Positions 57,603 through 64,000 of a DNA stretch of 64,000 nucleotides are shown here, piece after piece. A program made the translations under genes and the position numbers. Every line of letters begins with the position of its first letter. Within the stretch, counting starts at the first letter, position 1. The stretch is from a virus (Duplodnaviria > Caudoviricetes): positions 86,579 to 150,578 of IMG/VR virus record IMGVR_UViG_3300028833_000075; one strand, given 5' to 3'. The notes beneath the pieces are model-generated. The model was not told the DNA's origin, ran no database searches, and saw only the letters and a program-made list of their open reading frames with translations.

Positions 57603-57881
57603 ATGTTAAACGGAACTAAAAAACTCTTTCCGACTGAATATCAAAAATTTAAAGAGGCGATGATCAAAGCGGCTGAAGATGATTCGCTTCCTGTTATGTT
57701 ACAGTTAAACGATGTAAAAGATTATGCATTAAAAGATTTTGAAGAAGCTTTTTTCGAGTTTAATCAAGACACTGGATTGGATATTTCCGGTATGTTCTTT
57801 TTATGCAACGATTGTGGTAGGCTTCATGTCGCTTTAGAAGTCAATTACCCGGAAGAAGAAGAAAAAACATTATTGCAATAA
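57603..57881 (+). CDS. hypothetical protein
   Basis: GAGG RBS. Confidence 0.55.
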   Translation: MLNGTKKLFPTEYQKFKEAMIKAAEDDSLPVMLQLNDVKDYALKDFEEAFFEFNQDTGLDISGMFFLCNDCGRLHVALEVNYPEEEEKTLLQ

Positions 57882-57894
57882 GGAGATGCACGTT

Positions 57895-58563
57895 ATGAAG
57901 AGAACTGAAATTTCTGCGCCGTGGGTAACTTTTTTTAACGAAATAACACAACTGTTTAAAAACGATCCTGAGGTGAAGGTATCGTACGACAACGACTCCA
58001 AAGAAATTAAAATTAACGTAACCAACTACGAAAAAACACAGGCTCTTAAAAAAATACTTCCATCTACAAAAAAGTTTGGAAATGTATGTGTTCGTATTGT
58101 TATTTCTTATGTTGAACGCAAGTTGATAACCGCTAAAGACATTTTTGACGCGGCATTCAAAGGTAATCCGGCTTTTAAATATACATTTGTTTTCGATACA
58201 GATACAAACCCGATTACATATGTTGTTTTTGCAAAAGAAGTTGTCCAGTATTGGAATGATGATATGAGTGATCCGCATGGTATTACCAGTACGCTGTATC
58301 AAAATATTGCAAAGAATGTATTCGAATATGACGGAGTAATTTACAGTACTGATTCCGATTCAAAAAGAATTGTTCAAAAGAAATATTTTCAGAATCACGC
58401 AACCAATGAAGAAGTGGAAAGATGGGATTGGTATAATGGCCCAGGCTCTTTCCACAGCGGTGCTTCTATCGACAAGACTTTGCTTGAAAAAGAAAACCTT
58501 AATAAAGAAGCAACTCCCGTGAAAGACGAAAAGACTTTCAAATCTATTTTTAGCGGGAAATAA
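57895..58563 (+). CDS. conserved phage protein
   Basis: SAPW, FKGNP, YVVFAKEVVQYWNDD.SD.HG..STLY. Confidence 0.7.
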   Translation: MKRTEISAPWVTFFNEITQLFKNDPEVKVSYDNDSKEIKINVTNYEKTQALKKILPSTKKFGNVCVRIVISYVERKLITAKDIFDAAFKGNPAFKYTFVFDTDTNPITYVVFAKEVVQYWNDDMSDPHGITSTLYQNIAKNVFEYDGVIYSTDSDSKRIVQKKYFQNHATNEEVERWDWYNGPGSFHSGASIDKTLLEKENLNKEATPVKDEKTFKSIFSGK

Positions 58564-58668
58564 TCAATTAATTGATTTAAAGGGTAGCATCGGAGTAATT
58601 AACCGATGAGATAATGCGCTCCTTCGCAAGCCTTTAAATATACTTCTTTACCAAAGGAGTGGTATCGT

Positions 58669-59295
58669 ATGAACAATTTAAAGAAATTATACCCGGAAGA
58701 ATATAAAATATTAAGGCACAAATGGGGTTCGATGATAACTAGATGTACAAACCCTAATAATAGAAACTATGTCAACTATGGTGGACGTGGTATTACAGTT
58801 TGTGACAAGTGGCGAAAATTTTCTAACTTTTTTGAATGGAGTTTAGATAATGGTTTTCATCTTGGATTAACCATAGATAGAATAGATACTAATAAAGGAT
58901 ACGAACCTAATAATTGTCGATATATAACAAACGAAGAACAACAACGAAACAGAAGAGACAACAGATGTTTTATCGATCCATTTGATAACGAACAATTATG
59001 TTTAGCCGCAATAGCAAGAAAATACAATATTCCAGAAGATACATTTCGAAAAAGAATTGATAAATACAATATGCCTTTAGAAAAAGCTTTAACAAAACCG
59101 TTTCGTGAAAATACTAGATGGCATATATTGGTTGATCCGATCGATGGCGAACAACTATGTTTAACCGATTTAGCTAGGAAACACGGAATGTCGCCTTTAA
59201 CACTAGATTTAAGACTTCGCAAAGAATGGAATCTTGAAGAAGCCATTACAAAACCTATAAATAAAAGGGTGACACGTAAAAATGTTACAGTTTGA
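58669..59295 (+). CDS. free-standing HNH-type homing endonuclease
   Basis: RCTNPN..YVNYGGRGITVC, TIDRID..KGYEPNNCR; two tandem C-terminal DNA-binding repeats; overlaps the dnaE start. Confidence 0.85.
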   Translation: MNNLKKLYPEEYKILRHKWGSMITRCTNPNNRNYVNYGGRGITVCDKWRKFSNFFEWSLDNGFHLGLTIDRIDTNKGYEPNNCRYITNEEQQRNRRDNRCFIDPFDNEQLCLAAIARKYNIPEDTFRKRIDKYNMPLEKALTKPFRENTRWHILVDPIDGEQLCLTDLARKHGMSPLTLDLRLRKEWNLEEAITKPINKRVTRKNVTV

Positions 59296-62200
59296 ACCAT
59301 ATCATGTGCACAGTTGTTATAGCAACGCATTAACACAACCAGATTCTACTGTATTTATTTCTGACTATGCGAAAACATACAGAGAACGAGGCCATAAAGT
59401 TCTCTGTATGTCTGAACATGGAAACAGATCAAATGTATGGGAACAATTTGATATTGCAGAGGCGTATAAGAATGATAAAAACAATCCTTATACGCTTACA
59501 CCTCTGGCTGCTGCTGAAGTGTACTTTGTCCCAAATCGTTTGCCGGACGCAGATGGAAAGAAAGACGGCAGAAATTTTCACCTAATCCTTGTTGCAAAAA
59601 ACATGGAAGGATTCTACCAGTTAAATGAAATATTGTCTGAAGCAAACCTGAGCGGATATTACTATCATGCAAGGGTAGATTTCGATCTGTTAGGGCGGCT
59701 TAATTATAAGAATTTTATGTGCACAACTGCTTGCGTGGCAGGTATTACGAAAGACGAAAACTTCGAAAGACTGGCCTGTCAACTTGGCGAGATCTTCCGG
59801 GAGAATTTCTATCTGGAAGTGCAGCACCACCCTCAGCAGATTCAAAAAGAAACAAATATGAAAATACTGCGGCTTTATCAGAAATACAGATGGCCGCTGA
59901 TTTATGGAACAGATTCCCATTATATAAATAAAGAAGATAAAATTCTCAGAACAGAATTGATGCTTTCAAAAGGAATCAGTTACGGCGATGAGGATTCTTT
60001 TGATCTTTACCTTCCAACAGCACAGGAAGCGTATAATCTTCTGGAAAATCAAGGCATCCTTACAAAGGCGAAAATAGAAGAAGCAATGGAAAACACATTG
60101 ATTCTTCGTGAATTTGAAGGTGTCAACTTTACGAAAGAGAAAAAGATTCCAAACGCATTCCCAGATATGTCACTCGAAGAGCGTAACAAGCTTTACAAAA
60201 CAACTTGTATCGATGAATATACACGTAAAGCAGGTGCGCCAACCGAAACCGAAAGAAAAGAACTTGAAGACGAGATGAATGCTGTAGCCGATACAGGTAC
60301 GGCTGACTACTTTCTTCTCTGTAAGCGGATAGTTGATCGCGGAAGAGAACTCGGCGGCATTATTACGAAGACTGGAAGAGGCTCCGGTTCTTCGTTTGCA
60401 ACAAACTTTTCACTAGGGTTTACTTCTCTGAACAGGCTTCACAGTCCCGTAAAGCTTTATCCTGAAAGGTTTATTTCTAAGGAAAGAATGGCAGCTGGAA
60501 TTTTGCCTGACTTGGATATCAACTTGACAAACGTAGAAGCGTTTGAAAGCGCCGGACAGGAAATTCTTGGCGAATACGGTTGCCTGCCGATGATTAACTA
60601 CGGCACAACCAAAACGCTGTCGGCTTTCAAGATGCTCGCGAAGGCAAGAGACCTTGATTTTACGCTTGCTAACGAAGTATCCAAACAAATTAAAGCTTAC
60701 GAACTCGACGTGAAACATGCAGTCGAAAACAACGTAGATGACCCTGATTACAATGTAGACGACGACGTGCAAATCGATTCCTATGTGGAAGAACAGTATC
60801 TGGATTTAATTGATGATTCCAAGAAATATCAGGGTATCGTCCTTTCGTTAGGCCCGCATCCGTGCGCTCACCTTCTTTTAGATAAAGATATCCGAAGGGA
60901 GATTGGTGTTGTTCGGATTAAAGGAGATAAGATCGTCGCTTATATTGATGGTGCTACAGCAGACGCCTACGGATATCTGAAGCTGGACTTACTGCGTGTG
61001 ACTGTCGTTGAAATTATCGCGAAAACGTTCAAAAGGATTAACCTTCCTGTGATGGACGTGGACGAACTTCTCAAGAGAGTTAAGAACGACAGCAATGTGT
61101 GGAATTTGTATGCCAAAGGATATACACAGGGTTTAAACCAGTGCGAACAGGAGAAAGCCACGCAGCGTATTATGCGGTATAAGCCGCGCAACATCGTTGA
61201 ACTCGCAGCGTTTGTGGCTGCCATCAGGCCTGGTTTTAAATCCATGCTTGAAACATTTATCTCCAGAACTCCTTTTAAGTACAATATTCCGGCGCTTGAC
61301 GACTTGCTTCGGTCGAAGGAGATTGAAGACTCCTTCTTACTTTATGATGAACAGGTGCTTTCTATATTGATTTCTGCAGCTATTAAAGCTTCAGACGCCT
61401 ACGTGTGCCTGAAAGGAATTAAGAAGAAAAAGTTCGACAAAGTGGAAGCATTTAAAGAAGAGTTCAGGAAGGGCTACGCTGCGTATCTAAAGGAAACCGA
61501 GCATGCAACAGACGAAGAAGCACAAAAGATCGTAGACAACATTTGGGGTATTATTGAATCCTCTGCGTCATATCTTTTCAATGCGAGCCATTCTCTGTGC
61601 ATGGCATGTGACAGTTTATATGTTGCTTGGTTAAAAGCTTATTATCCATATGAGCTTTATGCTACAATGCTTCAGATTTTCAGCGAAAAGAAAAACAAAG
61701 ACAAAATCGCTAATATCATCTCAGAAATGAAGCGATACAAAGACATCCAGATCACTCCCGGTAAATTCGGGCAGGACAACAGAGACTGGCTAATCGACAA
61801 AGAAAATCATATGATCAGTCAGAATCTTGCAAGTATTCGTTATATGTCTCCGCAGGTTGCTGAAGATCTTTATAATCTTAGTAAGCAAAATGAGGTGTAT
61901 ATCGGATCTGAGCTTAAAACAGATACATTCACACCAGAAGCAAAGAAAGAAATCGCTAAATTGAAAAAGAAGTTAAAGCCGCTTCAGGAAAAAGCAGAAG
62001 CCTATCTTGCAAACGGCGGCGACGAATTCGATGGGGAATTTCTTGCAATGTACGACGAAGGATATCCGCTTGAACAGGAAATCAAAAGGATTGAATCTGA
62101 TAATTCGTCTTATCTTACACGCGGCGGAGAAGTAAAACATTACGTTAAACTGGATTGTTTTACAAACATTCTTCGTGCTATACAAATGAATACGTGTTTG

Positions 62201-62731
62201 GACACGCGACAGATTGAAATTCTTATCGGATTAAACTACTTTGAGCAGTTTGGAAAAACAGAAAAACTAATGAAAGTATTTAATGAATTCTTTGCAGGAG
62301 ACAAAAAACTAACAAAACAAATCAAATCTTTCGAAGAAAGACTGACTTTGTGCAGGCAATACGAAAATTCATTAGATGACTCCGACCTCCCGGCCGGCTT
62401 ACGCCTACGCTATGAAATGGATAACATCGGTCTGTGTCTTTTCACCAATTCCGATGCTCTTACGAACGTATATTTCGTCACATCAATTGATGATAAGTAT
62501 AGTATTAAACTAAACTTATATAACATTAGAAGAGGAACGACCGGAATAGTAAAAGTAGCAAAAAAGGACTACCATCTGGTAGGAGAAGGCTCATGTATTA
62601 AAATTGAGAGCTACAGAAAAAGTCCAAAATACACATACAATAAAGGCGTTAAATCAATCGTGCCGGGAGAAACAGAAATATGGGTAACAAATTACAAGGT
62701 AATACAAAAAGGTGAAGCAAATATTATGTAA
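59282..62731 (+). CDS. dnaE: DNA polymerase III alpha subunit (family C)
   Basis: PHP HVHS/EHG/DSHY, GRGSG, ERF..PDLD, HPCA, KLDLL, FNASH. Confidence 0.95.
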   Translation: MLQFEPYHVHSCYSNALTQPDSTVFISDYAKTYRERGHKVLCMSEHGNRSNVWEQFDIAEAYKNDKNNPYTLTPLAAAEVYFVPNRLPDADGKKDGRNFHLILVAKNMEGFYQLNEILSEANLSGYYYHARVDFDLLGRLNYKNFMCTTACVAGITKDENFERLACQLGEIFRENFYLEVQHHPQQIQKETNMKILRLYQKYRWPLIYGTDSHYINKEDKILRTELMLSKGISYGDEDSFDLYLPTAQEAYNLLENQGILTKAKIEEAMENTLILREFEGVNFTKEKKIPNAFPDMSLEERNKLYKTTCIDEYTRKAGAPTETERKELEDEMNAVADTGTADYFLLCKRIVDRGRELGGIITKTGRGSGSSFATNFSLGFTSLNRLHSPVKLYPERFISKERMAAGILPDLDINLTNVEAFESAGQEILGEYGCLPMINYGTTKTLSAFKMLAKARDLDFTLANEVSKQIKAYELDVKHAVENNVDDPDYNVDDDVQIDSYVEEQYLDLIDDSKKYQGIVLSLGPHPCAHLLLDKDIRREIGVVRIKGDKIVAYIDGATADAYGYLKLDLLRVTVVEIIAKTFKRINLPVMDVDELLKRVKNDSNVWNLYAKGYTQGLNQCEQEKATQRIMRYKPRNIVELAAFVAAIRPGFKSMLETFISRTPFKYNIPALDDLLRSKEIEDSFLLYDEQVLSILISAAIKASDAYVCLKGIKKKKFDKVEAFKEEFRKGYAAYLKETEHATDEEAQKIVDNIWGIIESSASYLFNASHSLCMACDSLYVAWLKAYYPYELYATMLQIFSEKKNKDKIANIISEMKRYKDIQITPGKFGQDNRDWLIDKENHMISQNLASIRYMSPQVAEDLYNLSKQNEVYIGSELKTDTFTPEAKKEIAKLKKKLKPLQEKAEAYLANGGDEFDGEFLAMYDEGYPLEQEIKRIESDNSSYLTRGGEVKHYVKLDCFTNILRAIQMNTCLDTRQIEILIGLNYFEQFGKTEKLMKVFNEFFAGDKKLTKQIKSFEERLTLCRQYENSLDDSDLPAGLRLRYEMDNIGLCLFTNSDALTNVYFVTSIDDKYSIKLNLYNIRRGTTGIVKVAKKDYHLVGEGSCIKIESYRKSPKYTYNKGVKSIVPGETEIWVTNYKVIQKGEANIM

Positions 62732-62791
62732 CAGCTTACCTTACAAAACGACTCCCGTAGTGATAATTAATGGAGGTTAAAGTCATAACAA

Positions 62792-63091
62792 ATGAAAAGA
62801 ATTTATGGGATTCCAAGCGCTTTCGGAGGACAGGATTTCTACGATGACACAGGTCAGATTGTAGGATATTCTATCCCGGGTATAGGTGGCGGCAAAGATT
62901 ACTTTGGCTACAACGGCGAAAGAGGTTTCTCTGTCGACTCTGTAATCAGCGGTTCAGATTATTACGGATCTGATGGAACAAGAGCGCATTCTGTTGAATC
63001 AGTGTTCGGAGGCGAAGATATCTACGGAGATATTTCTGGCTTCTCTATAGACTCAACATTTGGCGGCTCTGACATATTTCTTGACGACTAA
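62792..63091 (+). CDS. Gly/acid-rich repeat protein
   Basis: five S(I/V)xSxxGGxD(Y/F/I) repeats; GGAGG RBS. Confidence 0.6.
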   Translation: MKRIYGIPSAFGGQDFYDDTGQIVGYSIPGIGGGKDYFGYNGERGFSVDSVISGSDYYGSDGTRAHSVESVFGGEDIYGDISGFSIDSTFGGSDIFLDD

Positions 63092-63137
63092 CCAGTAGTG
63101 ATAAAGGGAGTCCCTATAAAGAAAGAAGGGACAACCT

Positions 63138-63548
63138 ATGGGCTATATGCTGCCTTTACGTTTTATAAAAGTATCCACAAAACCAACAGTATCTATATGT
63201 GCTACGCGAATTGTTGCTATGATGTCTACTGATATATATCAGGCAAGACGAACAATTCACGACGAAAAAAAAGCAGGCTCTTTAATTAACGCTTGCGGAA
63301 CAAGCGCTGCAAAAACAGCAATATTGCTGGACAATGGAGCTGTCGTTTCATCGCCGTTATCTATCCCGGTCTTAATGAACGCTATAGAAAAATCAAACAC
63401 GAAAGCTATCGCAAAAAACAATGTGCGGCTGAAAGTATATGATGTTCAGGATGAAGAACCTTCTCCGGATATCGATGATCTCGTGTCTGATATTTCAGGT
63501 TTTGATGAAGATGACGATTTCGATAGCGATGAAGATTACGATGAATAA
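63138..63548 (+). CDS. RemA/DUF370-like DNA-binding protein with acidic tail
   Basis: RIVAMMS..ARRTIHDEKKAGSLINA..KTAILLDNG.V.SSPL aligns by eye with the RemA pattern RMISIVS..IKRMIQDARDRGMLIDA..RAVVVMDS. Confidence 0.7.
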   Translation: MGYMLPLRFIKVSTKPTVSICATRIVAMMSTDIYQARRTIHDEKKAGSLINACGTSAAKTAILLDNGAVVSSPLSIPVLMNAIEKSNTKAIAKNNVRLKVYDVQDEEPSPDIDDLVSDISGFDEDDDFDSDEDYDE

Positions 63549-63611
63549 CGCTTAGGCGTTTTCATAATTTACATTTTCTCAACGACAAAGATTTAAAAGG
63601 AGAGATCACAC

Positions 63612-63782
63612 ATGAAAGAAACCCGCATTCAGAAGATTACCCGTGACATCGCTGCCTACCAGGAAGCCATCGAAAATGCCGAAGGCGCACTTGCAGAAGC
63701 AGAACGCGAACTTAACGAAGAACTCGACAAGTATTGTGATGATGTAAGCATCGAAGACTATCCGGAGTATAATAAGGATTAA
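63612..63782 (+). CDS. small coiled-coil acidic protein
   Basis: AAGGAG RBS, 56 aa, followed by a terminator hairpin. Confidence 0.6.
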   Translation: MKETRIQKITRDIAAYQEAIENAEGALAEAERELNEELDKYCDDVSIEDYPEYNKD

Positions 63783-63842
63783 AGAATAAGGATAAGGAGC
63801 CGCCCAAAAGCGGCTCCGTTTTTTAAAAAAAGGAGAAATAAA

Positions 63843-64000
63843 AATGGGCTACTATGCAAGTTATGAAGGCCATATGCGATTTAATAAAACTCCCGACGAT
63901 AATATTCTAAATATTATTACAGACTGTTTTGAAAATCATGACTATGATGCAGACGGCCTGGGTGTAAGTGTGTATGGCGACGATAAGTATTATGAAGATT
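63843..64000 (+). CDS. hypothetical protein (runs off window)
   Basis: AAGGAG RBS, MGYYASYEG... Confidence 0.5.

Overview
A 64-kb segment of a large tailed dsDNA phage, probably infecting Firmicutes/Clostridia, with an SPbeta-like layout. From 1 to 11.2 kb (minus strand) lies the late virion operon: terminase, portal, tRNA-Asn, protease/scaffold, decoration protein, major capsid, head-tail proteins and the start of a probable major tail protein. After a divergence point at about 11.2-11.6 kb essentially all genes are on the plus strand. These include an early region with a 1110-aa YonO-like single-subunit RNA polymerase, large structured non-coding stretches, RNase H, SSB and a DUF932-like gene; a tRNA cluster and an AT-rich putative origin; and many small accessory genes. 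Next come a ubiquitin-like conjugation operon (Ubl, E2-like, JAB, E1/ThiF) followed directly by a retron-type reverse transcriptase, then a TerD-like gene pair preceded by a 4-copy ncRNA array, a second tRNA cluster with a nucleotidyltransferase and an RNA ligase, and a second YonO-like RNAP split inside its catalytic DxDGD motif by a group I intron with an HNH gene. The replication module follows (Rad52/Sak-like, SSB, primase-helicase, PD-(D/E)XK nuclease, DnaE), then a RemA-like gene. The best candidate for an undescribed system is the Ubl-E2-JAB-E1-RT locus, where the RT is flanked by TWO msr/msd-like ncRNAs that share a scaffold but carry unrelated templates. A dispersed family of six tRNA-shaped RNAs with swapped internal domains is the next most striking signal. 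All protein family calls come from motif recognition by eye, without database searches.
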